Shown: one piece after another, positions 34,410-43,797 of the stretch
Numbering within the stretch: the stretch's first letter is position 1
Layout: the number at the start of each line of letters is the position of its first letter
From: Acidobacteriota bacterium
Lineage (GTDB): Bacteria; Acidobacteriota; Thermoanaerobaculia; Multivoradales; UBA5704
Reading direction: 5' to 3'
Length of the DNA: 64,000 nucleotides
NCBI GenBank assembly: GCA_040349255.1
Contig: JBEQUE010000231.1
Location: forward strand, 34,641-98,640
The notes under the pieces: generated by a model
Database searches by the model: none
What the model saw: the letters and a program-made list of their open reading frames with translations, nothing else
What the model was told of the DNA's origin: nothing
Program-made: the position numbers and the translations under genes

Positions 34410-35696
34410 ATGACGGATCGTTCACAGCCCCGCCGGGCCGCGCTCGTCTGCGTGGCGCTCGGGCTGTCCGCGTCTCCTCTCCTGGCCGGTGAATTCCGGG
34501 TCGTCCTGGGCGCGCAGACCGGAGTGCGCAGTGACGGCAACTACGATCAGGTCGAGAACCTGGAGCGTTCGCGGGCCCAGGAGGGCGAGGTGCTGGCGCG
34601 CAGCGCGTTCGACCTCCGGCTCTCCTACGAGTTGCCGCGGATGCGGCTCGCCCTGGATTACAGCCCGTCCTACGAGTGGGTGCTCGACGACGCGGACGTC
34701 AACGGCACGACCCACCGGCTGGAGCTGGGGCTCTCGGGCAACCTGACCCGCCGCCTGAAGGCGACCGTGCGGGAGCGGCTCGCGTCGAGCTCCACTCTCG
34801 ATCTCTACTCCCCCTTCACCGAGGCCGAGACGATCGCGGTCACCCGGCGCGGCGACCAGCTCAGCCACGCGCTCGACGTGGCGCTCGACCAGGAGCTCAC
34901 CCGGCGGACCGCGTTCCTCCTGGGCGTTTCGCACACCCTGCGGACGTTCGAGGAGGAGGACCTGGCCGACAGCGAGACGCTGAGCGCCCGGATCGGCGTC
35001 GGCTTCCGGGTCGCTCCGGAACGGAAGGTGGAGGTGCTGGCCACGGACGGGACCTACGACTTCGGCGACGGAAGCACCGAGCTTCGCCAGCTCGGGCGCA
35101 ACGGCGAGGCGGACGTGAGGACGCTGAGCCTCGGCTGGTCGCAGAAGTTCCTCCGGGATGGGAGCTTCCGCGTCGAGGCCGGCGCGTACTCGGTGGACTC
35201 GACCCGCGTCGGCGGGCTCGCGGAGCGGCGGGTGGAGGAGAGCGACGCCGGCTGGCGCGGCAGCCTGGGCCTCTCCCGCCAGCTCGAATCGTTCGGCTGG
35301 AGCCTCGGCTACCGGCACGACATCTCCGCCGGCGCCGGCTTCGGCCGCGCCGTGCGGGTGGACAACGCGTTCGCCGGCGTCTCGACCCGCGCCGGCCGCA
35401 GCCTGACCCTGGGGCTGGACGCCAACGCCTCGCGCCACGAGGACCTCTCGGAGGAGTCGGCGCGCCTGGTGGAGACGGCGGCCGGCACGGCCCGGTTCCA
35501 GTGGAGCTTCAGCCGCGCGGCGGCTCTGAACGGCGGTATCTCCTACATCCGGCAGGACTCGCAGGTCGAGCCCTTCGAAGATCTTTCCTACTCGCGCTAC
35601 TTCCTCGGCCTGGCACTGCAGCTCTATCGCTCCGGCGAGGAGCCGCGAAGTCCGGCCGATGCAGGAGGGACCGATGACGAACCTGACGCTCAGTGA
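34410..35696 (+). CDS. EPS-associated outer-membrane beta-barrel protein
   Basis: Signal peptide; alternating beta-strand pattern; position between wza and the chain-length gene. Confidence 0.65.
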   Translation: MTDRSQPRRAALVCVALGLSASPLLAGEFRVVLGAQTGVRSDGNYDQVENLERSRAQEGEVLARSAFDLRLSYELPRMRLALDYSPSYEWVLDDADVNGTTHRLELGLSGNLTRRLKATVRERLASSSTLDLYSPFTEAETIAVTRRGDQLSHALDVALDQELTRRTAFLLGVSHTLRTFEEEDLADSETLSARIGVGFRVAPERKVEVLATDGTYDFGDGSTELRQLGRNGEADVRTLSLGWSQKFLRDGSFRVEAGAYSVDSTRVGGLAERRVEESDAGWRGSLGLSRQLESFGWSLGYRHDISAGAGFGRAVRVDNAFAGVSTRAGRSLTLGLDANASRHEDLSEESARLVETAAGTARFQWSFSRAAALNGGISYIRQDSQVEPFEDLSYSRYFLGLALQLYRSGEEPRSPADAGGTDDEPDAQ

Positions 35697-37122
35697 CCTG
35701 GCGAAGTCCGTCCTGCGGCGGCCGGCCTGGCTCGCGGTGCCGATCGCGCTCGGGCTCGCTTTGGCCTGGGGCGCCGTCCAGGTGCTGACGCCCGTCTATC
35801 GCGCCAGCACGCTCGTGATGGTCGAGAAGCAGAAGGTGCCCGCCGACTACGTGAAGCCGACCGTGACCATGGGCATGGAGGAGCGGCTGAGCACGATCGA
35901 GCAGCAGATCACGAACCGCTCGAACCTGGAGCGGATCGTCCAGGAGATGAACCTCTATCCCCTGCTGCGCGCTCAGGAGCCGCCCGAGAAGGTCGTCGAG
36001 GTGGCGCGCCGCAACCTGACGGTGGCGAAGAAGGGCGACAGCGTGTTCACGATCTATTTCAAGGACCCGGACCCGGTCAAGGCCGCCGGCACGGCGAACC
36101 GGGTGGCCGAGCTGTTCATCCAGGAGAACCTCAAGCTCCGGGAAGACCAGGCGCAGGGAACCTCCACCTTCCTGGAGTCCGAGCTCGCGCAGACCAAGGC
36201 CCAGCTCGAGCAGCAGGAGGCCCGGATCGCGGCCTTCAAGCAGCTCCACATGGGGGAGCTGCCCGAGCAGCGCGACACCAACCTCCAGGCGGCCGGCCAG
36301 CTCCAGGACAAGCTGGCGATCAACATGGAGGCGCTCGACAAGGCGGAGACGCGGAAGATCTTCCTCCAGCGCCAGATCTCCGAGCTCAGCCAGATGACGG
36401 CGCCCACTCCTGCCGCGCCCTCGGCCCCGGCGGGCCCGAGCCGCCTGGAGCAGCTCCAGGCCCAGCTCGTCGAGCTGCGCTCGCGCTATACCGACCGCCA
36501 CCCGGACGTCGTCCGCCTGGAGTCGGAGATCGAGCAGCTCAAAAAGATCGAGAACGGCCAGATCCAGGTGACCAGCGTGCCGCCTGCTCCTGCAGCTCCG
36601 AAGATCGATCCGGCTCTCCGCGCGCAGCTCGACGCCGTGGACGTGGAGATCCGCGGTCTACAGGGCGAGCGCGCGCGGATCCTCTCGGACAGCGCGCAGT
36701 ACCAGGCCCGCCTGGAGAGCGTGCCGCGCGTCGAGCAGGAGCTGCTGTCGCTGACCCGCGACTACGACAACATCCAGAAGTCCTACGACTCGCTGCTCGC
36801 CAAGCGGATCGACGCGAGCCTGGCCCAGAACCTGGAGAAGAGCCGCCAGAGCGAGCAGTTCACGATCCTCGAGAAGGCGATCCCGCCGGCCGACCCCTAC
36901 TGGCCGAACCCGGTCCTGCTGCTCGCCATCGGCCTCGCGGGCGGCGCGCTGGCGGGCGTGATCGCGGCCTTCCTGCGCGACCGGACGGATTCGACCTTCT
37001 CGGAGAGCGACGCGCTCCAGCACGCCTTCCCGGGCGTCGCGGTGCTCGCCGCGATCCCGCAACTGAGCCCGACCGGCGAGAGCGACCGCGCCGCGGCCTA
37101 CGGCCGTTTCAGGAGGAATTGA
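35674..37122 (+). CDS. Wzz/GumC-type polysaccharide co-polymerase
   Basis: Two TMs flanking a long coiled coil; PVYRAST and YTDRHPDV motifs; AGGAGG RBS. Confidence 0.88.
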   Translation: MTNLTLSDLAKSVLRRPAWLAVPIALGLALAWGAVQVLTPVYRASTLVMVEKQKVPADYVKPTVTMGMEERLSTIEQQITNRSNLERIVQEMNLYPLLRAQEPPEKVVEVARRNLTVAKKGDSVFTIYFKDPDPVKAAGTANRVAELFIQENLKLREDQAQGTSTFLESELAQTKAQLEQQEARIAAFKQLHMGELPEQRDTNLQAAGQLQDKLAINMEALDKAETRKIFLQRQISELSQMTAPTPAAPSAPAGPSRLEQLQAQLVELRSRYTDRHPDVVRLESEIEQLKKIENGQIQVTSVPPAPAAPKIDPALRAQLDAVDVEIRGLQGERARILSDSAQYQARLESVPRVEQELLSLTRDYDNIQKSYDSLLAKRIDASLAQNLEKSRQSEQFTILEKAIPPADPYWPNPVLLLAIGLAGGALAGVIAAFLRDRTDSTFSESDALQHAFPGVAVLAAIPQLSPTGESDRAAAYGRFRRN

Positions 37123-37126
37123 CGCC

Positions 37127-37864
37127 ATGGATCTGCCGCTGCGCAGCGACCGCCTCGCGAGGCCCGAACGGGAGCCCATCGCGCGGGCTCCCGTGCGCCT
37201 GAAGCGCGACGCCCCGCTGTTCCTCCACCTCGATCCGCCGTCGTTCGCGGCCGAGCAGTACCGCACGCTCGCGGTGCACGTCGAGGAACGGCTCAACCCG
37301 ATCGGCACCTGGGGCTATGTGCTCGCCGTCACCAGCCCGGAGGAGAACGCCGGCAAGACGCTGACCAGCCTGAACCTGGCGCTCACCCTCACGCGCGGCG
37401 AGGAGCGCAAGGTGCTGCTCATCGAGGCGGACCTCTGGCGGCCCCAGCTCCACACCTACCTGGAAGGCGAGCCGGAAGGGGTCCAGGGCCTGCGCCAGGT
37501 GCTGGAGCGCGAGGCTTCGCTCCACGACATGGCGGTGCCGGTGGCCGGGACGAGCCTCCACCTGCTGTTCTCCGGCTCGCGCGACACCGCGGGCGACCTG
37601 ATCTCGGGCCGCCGCATGTCCGAGGTGCTGACCGAGGCGCGCTCGGCCTACGAGATCGTGGTCATCGACTCGCCGCCCATGGCCTTCCTGGCCAGCGCCC
37701 GCTCGCTCGCCGCCCGTTCGGACGGCGCGGTGGTGGTCGTGCGCGCCGGCCAGACGCCGCGCCGGGCGGTCGAGAAGACGCTCTCGACGCTCGGCCCGGA
37801 GAAGACGATCGGCCTCGTGCTGAACGGCGTCCGTTCGAAGAGAGGCTACCGGCAGTACTACTGA
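37127..37864 (+). CDS. CpsD/CapB-family BY-kinase
   Basis: AEQYRTL; Walker A (ENAGKT), A' (EADLWRP) and B (VIDSPP); C-terminal Tyr cluster YRQYY. Confidence 0.88.
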   Translation: MDLPLRSDRLARPEREPIARAPVRLKRDAPLFLHLDPPSFAAEQYRTLAVHVEERLNPIGTWGYVLAVTSPEENAGKTLTSLNLALTLTRGEERKVLLIEADLWRPQLHTYLEGEPEGVQGLRQVLEREASLHDMAVPVAGTSLHLLFSGSRDTAGDLISGRRMSEVLTEARSAYEIVVIDSPPMAFLASARSLAARSDGAVVVVRAGQTPRRAVEKTLSTLGPEKTIGLVLNGVRSKRGYRQYY

Positions 37865-37879
37865 GATGCGCCGACGATC

Positions 37880-39271
37880 ATGATCCGCCTCTTCAGCCGC
37901 TACTGGTCGGTCCCCGCCGCGCTCTCGCTGAGCCTGGAAGGGATCCTCCTCTACCTGGCCGTGCCGTTCGCGAATGTCCTCCGGCTGGGCGTCGGTCCGG
38001 GCGCGCCGCCGCCCCGGCCGGTGGTGGTGATGGAGGCGGTGGCGTTCATGGTCGTCGGGCTGCTGAGCCTCTACATCAACGGCCTCTACGACTTCGGCGA
38101 GCGGCGCACGGTGCGGCAGATCACCATCGCCCTGCTGCGCGCGTTCACGCTCGGCGCGCTGGCGCTCGCCGCGGTCTACTTCCTGCTCCCGACGTTCGTC
38201 CTGGGCCGCGGCGTGTTCGCGCTCGCCTTCGTCTTCGCGGTGGCGGCGGTCATCGCCTGGCGCGTGATCCTGCGCTGGATGCTCAACACCGAGAAGTTCG
38301 CCGAGCGGGTGCTCATCGTGGGCACGGACGAGAAGGCGATCGACATCGCGCGCGAGACGCTCAGCCGCAAGCACCTGGGCTTCCGCGTGGTCGGCTTCCT
38401 CGACGACGATCCGCGGATCCAGGGCGTGAGCCTGATCAACCCGCGGGTGATCGGCACCACCGGCCAGGCCTGCCAGCTCGCGCGGCAGCACGGCGTGACC
38501 CGGGTCGTGGTGGCGGCCCTGGACTACCGCGGCCGGGTGAGCATGGACTCGCTCCTGGAGTGCAAGACCTCGGGCATCCGCGTGCAGGAAGGGTCGAGCT
38601 ACTACGAGCAGCTCACCGGCAAGATCATGGTCGAGGGGCTGCGCAAGTCGTGGCTGATCTTCTCGGACGGCTTCGTGGTCTCGCGCGGCGTGCTGTTCAC
38701 CAAGCGCCTGCTGGACATCGTCGCGGCCTCGATCGGGCTGGTGCTCGGCCTGCCGCTCATGGCGCTCGTGGCGCTCGCGGTGAGGCTCGACTCGCCGGGC
38801 CCGGTGCTCTTCCGCCAGGAGCGCGTCGGCCGCGGCCACCGGCCGTTCACGCTCGCCAAGTTCCGCTCCATGCGCACCGACGCGGAGAAGGACGGCCCGC
38901 AATGGGCCAGCGAGGAGGACCCGCGGATCACCCGGGTCGGCCGTTTCATCCGCAAGACGCGCCTCGACGAGCTGCCGCAGCTCTGGAACGTGCTCGCCGG
39001 CGACATGAGCCTGGTCGGCCCGCGGCCCGAGCGCGAGCTCTTCGTGCAGCAGCTCCTGGAGACCAGCGCGTTCTACGAGCAGCGCCTGGTGGTCCGGCCC
39101 GGCCTGACCGGATGGGCGCAGATCAAGGCGCCCTACGCCTCGTCGTTCGAGGAGTCGATCGAGAAGCTCAAGTACGACCTCTATTACATCAAGAACATGT
39201 CGCTGTTCCTGGACATCTCGATCCTGCTCTCCACGGCGCGGATCGTTCTCCTGGGAAGAGGTGCAAGATGA
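37880..39271 (+). CDS. Priming sugar-phosphate transferase (TIGR03013-like)
   Basis: KRLLDI, KFRSM, RLDELPQLWNVLAGDMSLVGPRPER and PGLTGWAQ motifs. Confidence 0.93.
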   Translation: MIRLFSRYWSVPAALSLSLEGILLYLAVPFANVLRLGVGPGAPPPRPVVVMEAVAFMVVGLLSLYINGLYDFGERRTVRQITIALLRAFTLGALALAAVYFLLPTFVLGRGVFALAFVFAVAAVIAWRVILRWMLNTEKFAERVLIVGTDEKAIDIARETLSRKHLGFRVVGFLDDDPRIQGVSLINPRVIGTTGQACQLARQHGVTRVVVAALDYRGRVSMDSLLECKTSGIRVQEGSSYYEQLTGKIMVEGLRKSWLIFSDGFVVSRGVLFTKRLLDIVAASIGLVLGLPLMALVALAVRLDSPGPVLFRQERVGRGHRPFTLAKFRSMRTDAEKDGPQWASEEDPRITRVGRFIRKTRLDELPQLWNVLAGDMSLVGPRPERELFVQQLLETSAFYEQRLVVRPGLTGWAQIKAPYASSFEESIEKLKYDLYYIKNMSLFLDISILLSTARIVLLGRGAR

Positions 39272-40578
39272 CCGTCCTGTCCGCAGAGCCCCTCGCCGAC
39301 CTCCGGTTTCACGGCCAGACGCGGCTGACGTCTCCCATGGCGCCGCCGAGGCCGAAGATGAAGATCCTCTTTCTCTGCCATCGCGTGCCGTACCCGCCGG
39401 ACAAGGGCGACAAGATCCGGGCCTTCCACGAGATCCAGGCCCTGGGCCGGCGGCACCGCGTGCACCTCCTGACGCTGGCCGACGAGGAGCTTCCCGATCT
39501 CCGGCGCCTGGAAGAGGTGTGCGAGCGGGTGGAGGTCTTTCCTCTCCGGCGTTCGGCGGCCTACGCCCGCGCCGCCCTCGGGCTGGTCCGGCCGCAGCCG
39601 CTGACGCTCTCGTTCTTCGACTCGGTCGAGCTGCGCAACCGGGCCGAGGAGCTGGCGCGGAGCGAGCGCTTCGACCTTGTGGTGGCCTACAGCTCCGCGA
39701 TGGCGCCGTACGCCGAGCCGTTCCGCGGCGTACCGGCTGTGCTCGACATGGTGGACGTGGACTCGGCCAAGTGGTCGCAGTACTCGCGCTTCGCGTCGTT
39801 CGCGCTGCGGCCGGTCTACGCGCTGGAGTCGCGGCGGCTGCAGGCCTACGAGGCGTCGCTCGCGGACCGCTTCGAGCGCATCGTGCTCGCCACCGGCAAC
39901 GAGACCCGGCTGCTCAAGGGCTTCGCGCCGGAGGCCAGGGCGGCGACGATCCCGAACGGCGTCGATCTCGACTTCTTCCAGCCCATGGACCTGCCGAAGA
40001 CGCCGCACCCGGCGCTCGTCTTCACCGGCCAGATGGACTACTTCGCCAACATCGACGGGGTGGTCCACTTCTCGCGCAACGTGCTGCCGCGCCTGCGCCG
40101 GCGCTTCCCGGACCTGGAGCTCCTGGTCGTGGGCCGCTCGCCGGCGCCGGCAGTGCGCGCGCTGAGCGAGGTCCCCGGCGTCTACGTGACCGGCGCGGTG
40201 GGCGACGTGCGGCCGTTCCTGGAGCGCGCCTGGGCCTTCGTGGCGCCGCTGCGGATCGCGCAGGGAGTGCAGAACAAGGTGCTGGAGGCGATGGCCATGA
40301 ACCTGCCGGTGGTCTGTACGGACAGGGTCCTCGCGGGCCTCTCCGAAGGCGGTTTCCGGCACGGCAGGGACCTGCTTGCCGCGGCCGACGACGAGGGCCT
40401 GGAGGCCTGCGTGGCGAGCGTGCTGGAGGACGCCGGGATGCGCGCCGGCCTCGCCGACTGCGCGCGGCAGCGGCTCTCGGCCGCCTACGGGTGGGCGTCG
40501 AACATGGACCGTTTCGAGGAGCTGCTCGCCTCCGCCGCACGCCGTCCGATGGGCCGGGGAACCGCTTTCCATGCGTGA
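39268..40578 (+). CDS. GT4 sugar transferase (TIGR03087-like)
   Basis: CHRVPYPPDKGDKIR and AQGVQNKVLEAMA; start 39268 or 39358. Confidence 0.88.
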   Translation: MTVLSAEPLADLRFHGQTRLTSPMAPPRPKMKILFLCHRVPYPPDKGDKIRAFHEIQALGRRHRVHLLTLADEELPDLRRLEEVCERVEVFPLRRSAAYARAALGLVRPQPLTLSFFDSVELRNRAEELARSERFDLVVAYSSAMAPYAEPFRGVPAVLDMVDVDSAKWSQYSRFASFALRPVYALESRRLQAYEASLADRFERIVLATGNETRLLKGFAPEARAATIPNGVDLDFFQPMDLPKTPHPALVFTGQMDYFANIDGVVHFSRNVLPRLRRRFPDLELLVVGRSPAPAVRALSEVPGVYVTGAVGDVRPFLERAWAFVAPLRIAQGVQNKVLEAMAMNLPVVCTDRVLAGLSEGGFRHGRDLLAAADDEGLEACVASVLEDAGMRAGLADCARQRLSAAYGWASNMDRFEELLASAARRPMGRGTAFHA

Positions 40579-41872
40579 CCTGGTGGTGCTGGCGGTCGTC
40601 TTCGCCTCGCTGCCGGTCATCCTGTTCCGGCCGTTCTACGGGCTGGTGACGTACTCCTGGCTGGCCTACATGCGGCCGCAGGACATGACCTGGGGGATGA
40701 GCCGCACGCTGCCGCTCTCGCAGTGGGTGGCGCTCGCCATGCTGCTCGGCCTCGTGGTCAGCCTCGGGCGCGAGCGCCTGGCCACCCTCAAGCTCCAGAC
40801 GGTGCTGATGATCCTGCTCGCGCTCTGGATCAGCGTCACGGTCCTCACCGCCGCGCTGCCCGAGATGTCGAAGGACGTCTACGGGCACTACTGGAAAGGC
40901 ATCCTGATCGCCGTCCTCACCACGGGGCTGGTGCGCGACCGCGAGCGCTTCCGGACCCTGGTGATCGTCATCGCCTTCTCGCTCGGCTTCCTGGGCGCCA
41001 AGCGCGGCCTGGTCGGCCTGCTGCACGGCGGCGCGCAGTACAACGACGGTCCGGGCGGCTTCATGAAGGACAACAACAGCTTCGCCCTGATGCTCAACAT
41101 GGCCCTGCCGCTCCTGGTGGGTATCGCGGTCACCGATCCGCGGCGCTGGGTGCGGATCACGGCCGGCGCGATGGCGGCGCTCACCGTGCCGACGATCCTC
41201 TTCACGTTCTCGCGCGGCGGCCTGCTCACCCTCGGCCTCGTCGGCGGCCTGCTGGTCTGGCGCTCGCGGCACCGCTGGCTCCTGGCCGGCGCGATGGCCC
41301 TCGCGCTCACCGGCTTCGCGGCTCTCCTGTCCGGCGCGATGACCGAGAAGTATCTGCAGCGGGCCGGGACGATCGGCGAATACCAGCAGGACGCCTCGGC
41401 CCTGGGCCGGATCAACGCCTGGAAGACCTCCTGGTACGTCTTCCTCGACTACCCGGTGCTCGGCGTGGGGCCGAACAACCTGGCCGCGGTGTTCGAGCGC
41501 TACTCGCCGGAGCCCGGCCGCTTCCATGTGGCGCACAACGCCTACTTCCAGCTCCTGGCCGAGAGCGGCCTGCCGGCGCTGCTGCTCTTCCTCGGCGCCA
41601 TCGGCGCCGCGCTCTGGCGCCTGCAGCGCCTGCGAGGCCGGACGGAGGCACCGTGGATCGAGACCCAGGCGCGCATGCTCCAGATCTCGATCCTGGGTTA
41701 TCTCGTCGGCAGCCTGTTCCTCAACATGGCCTACAACGAGGTGATCTATCACCTCGTCGGACTGACCGTCTGCCTGGAGGTGGTGGCCGAGGCGGTGGTC
41801 CCGGAGACGAAGTCCGTCGAAGAGGTCCCCTGGTGGAAGCGGCCGACGGCTCCTGTCATGGGGAGGGCCTAG
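40571..41872 (+). CDS. O-glycosylation ligase / Wzy polymerase (TIGR03097-like)
   Basis: Multi-TM; DNNSFA, TFSRGG and HVAHNAYFQLLAESG motifs. Confidence 0.82.
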   Translation: MRDLVVLAVVFASLPVILFRPFYGLVTYSWLAYMRPQDMTWGMSRTLPLSQWVALAMLLGLVVSLGRERLATLKLQTVLMILLALWISVTVLTAALPEMSKDVYGHYWKGILIAVLTTGLVRDRERFRTLVIVIAFSLGFLGAKRGLVGLLHGGAQYNDGPGGFMKDNNSFALMLNMALPLLVGIAVTDPRRWVRITAGAMAALTVPTILFTFSRGGLLTLGLVGGLLVWRSRHRWLLAGAMALALTGFAALLSGAMTEKYLQRAGTIGEYQQDASALGRINAWKTSWYVFLDYPVLGVGPNNLAAVFERYSPEPGRFHVAHNAYFQLLAESGLPALLLFLGAIGAALWRLQRLRGRTEAPWIETQARMLQISILGYLVGSLFLNMAYNEVIYHLVGLTVCLEVVAEAVVPETKSVEEVPWWKRPTAPVMGRA

Positions 41873-41874
41873 CC

Positions 41875-43797
41875 ATGTGCGGGATCGCGGGTCTCTTCCT
41901 CTATTCCGAAGGCGGGTTCGCCCGCCGCGAGACGCTGGAGCAGCTCATCCGGCCGCTCCGCCACCGCGGGCCGGACGACGAGGGCTATCTCCTGTCGGGT
42001 CCGCTCGGCCTGGCGCACGCGCGGCTGAGCATTCTCGACCTCGACGGCGGCCACCAGCCGATCTTCAACGAGGACCGCTCGCTCGCGGTGGTCTGCAACG
42101 GCGAGATCTACAACCACCGCGAGCTGCGCCGCGGCCTGGAGAGGCGAGGCCACCACTTCGCCACCGGTTCGGACACCGAGGTGATCGTCCATCTCTACGA
42201 GGAGCTGGGCGCCGGCTGCGTCGAAAAGCTCGCCGGCATGTTCGCGCTCGCCGTGGCCGACTTCCGGCAGCGGAAGCTGCTCCTGGCGCGCGATCGCGTG
42301 GGAAAGAAACCGCTCTACCTGGCCGACGACGGCCGCCGCCTCGGCTTCGCCTCGGAGCTCAAGTCGCTCGCCAACGCCGGGCTCGCAGGGCCGGAGATCG
42401 ATCCCGAGGCGCTCGACCTCTATCTTTCGTTCGGCTACGTGCCCACGCCCTGGACGATCTTCCGCGGCGCCCGCAAGCTGCCGGCCGGCCATCTCGCCAT
42501 GGTCACCGAGGCCGGCCTGCGCGTCGAGCGCTACTGGGATGTCGAGATGCGGCCGGTCGAGGTGGACGAGGAGCGGCTCGTCGAGGACCTGGAGGCGCTG
42601 CTGTCCGACGCCGTGCAGGCGCGGCTGGAGAGCGACGTCCCGCTCGGCGCGTTCCTCTCGGGAGGCCTCGACTCGGGCACGATCGTCTCGTTCATGGCCT
42701 CCGCCATGGACCGGCCGGTGATGACGCACACCGTGGGATTTTCCGACCGCGGGACCGACGAGCGCGAGGACGCCGCGGCCGTGGCGCGTGCGCTCGGCAC
42801 GGACCACAGGGCCACCGAGGTGCGGCCCGATCTCGCCGACGTGCTGCCGCGCATCGCCTGGCACCTGGACGAGCCGTTCGCCGACCCGTCTTCCGTGCCC
42901 ACCTGGTATGTCTCGCGCGAGACCCGGCGGCGCGTGACCGTGGCCCTCTCCGGCGACGGCGGCGACGAGCTGTTCGCGGGCTATGGAAACCGATATGGAC
43001 GATCGCTGATCGAGGATCGGGTGCGCGGTCTGATCCCGGGGCCGGTGCGCAGGGGGCTCCTGCCTCCGCTCGCCCGGACCTGGCCGCGCTCGGCCCGCCT
43101 GCCGCGTCCTCTGCGGATCGGCGGGTTCCTCGGCAACGTTTCCGTGGACCGCGACCGGGCCTATTTCCACGACCGCTCGCACATCCCGCCGCATCTCCAG
43201 GAGCGGCTTTTCGGAGAGGGTCTGCGCGAGCGCCGCCGGCGTTTCGACCCGTTCGTGGCGCTGGAGCCGCACCTCGCCCGCGCGCCGCAGGAGCCGCTGG
43301 CCCGCGCGCTCTATCTCGATCTCAAGACCTGGCTCGCCGACGACGGCCTGGTCAAGGTGGACCGGATGAGCATGGCGCACGCGCTGGAGGTGCGCTGCCC
43401 GCTGCTCGACCACCGCGTGGTGGAGCTGGCCGCCCGCGTGCCGTCGCGGCTCAAGATGGACGGCGGGCGCACCAAGATCCTGCTACGCCGCGTGGCGGAG
43501 CGGCGGCTGCCGAGGGAGATCCTCTCCAGGCCGAAGCGCGGCTTTGCGCCGCCGGTGTCGCGCTGGCTGCGCGAGGACCTGCGCGAGCTGTCGCACGACC
43601 TGCTGCTCGGGCCGGACGCGCTGGCCGGCGGCCTGTTCGAGCGCCGCGAGGTGGCGTCTCTGCTCGGCGATCACGAAGCGGGCCGGCTCGACGCCGGCTG
43701 GGCGATCTGGACGCTGCTGATGCTGGAGGTCTGGGGACGCGAGGTGAACCGGAGCGCCGGCGAGGAGTTGGAGGTGGCGAGTGCCGTCGGCGTCTGA
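41875..43797 (+). CDS. asnB: Asparagine synthase-like amidotransferase 2
   Basis: MCGIAG, HRGPD, LSGGLDSG and SGDGGDE motifs. Confidence 0.9.
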   Translation: MCGIAGLFLYSEGGFARRETLEQLIRPLRHRGPDDEGYLLSGPLGLAHARLSILDLDGGHQPIFNEDRSLAVVCNGEIYNHRELRRGLERRGHHFATGSDTEVIVHLYEELGAGCVEKLAGMFALAVADFRQRKLLLARDRVGKKPLYLADDGRRLGFASELKSLANAGLAGPEIDPEALDLYLSFGYVPTPWTIFRGARKLPAGHLAMVTEAGLRVERYWDVEMRPVEVDEERLVEDLEALLSDAVQARLESDVPLGAFLSGGLDSGTIVSFMASAMDRPVMTHTVGFSDRGTDEREDAAAVARALGTDHRATEVRPDLADVLPRIAWHLDEPFADPSSVPTWYVSRETRRRVTVALSGDGGDELFAGYGNRYGRSLIEDRVRGLIPGPVRRGLLPPLARTWPRSARLPRPLRIGGFLGNVSVDRDRAYFHDRSHIPPHLQERLFGEGLRERRRRFDPFVALEPHLARAPQEPLARALYLDLKTWLADDGLVKVDRMSMAHALEVRCPLLDHRVVELAARVPSRLKMDGGRTKILLRRVAERRLPREILSRPKRGFAPPVSRWLREDLRELSHDLLLGPDALAGGLFERREVASLLGDHEAGRLDAGWAIWTLLMLEVWGREVNRSAGEELEVASAVGV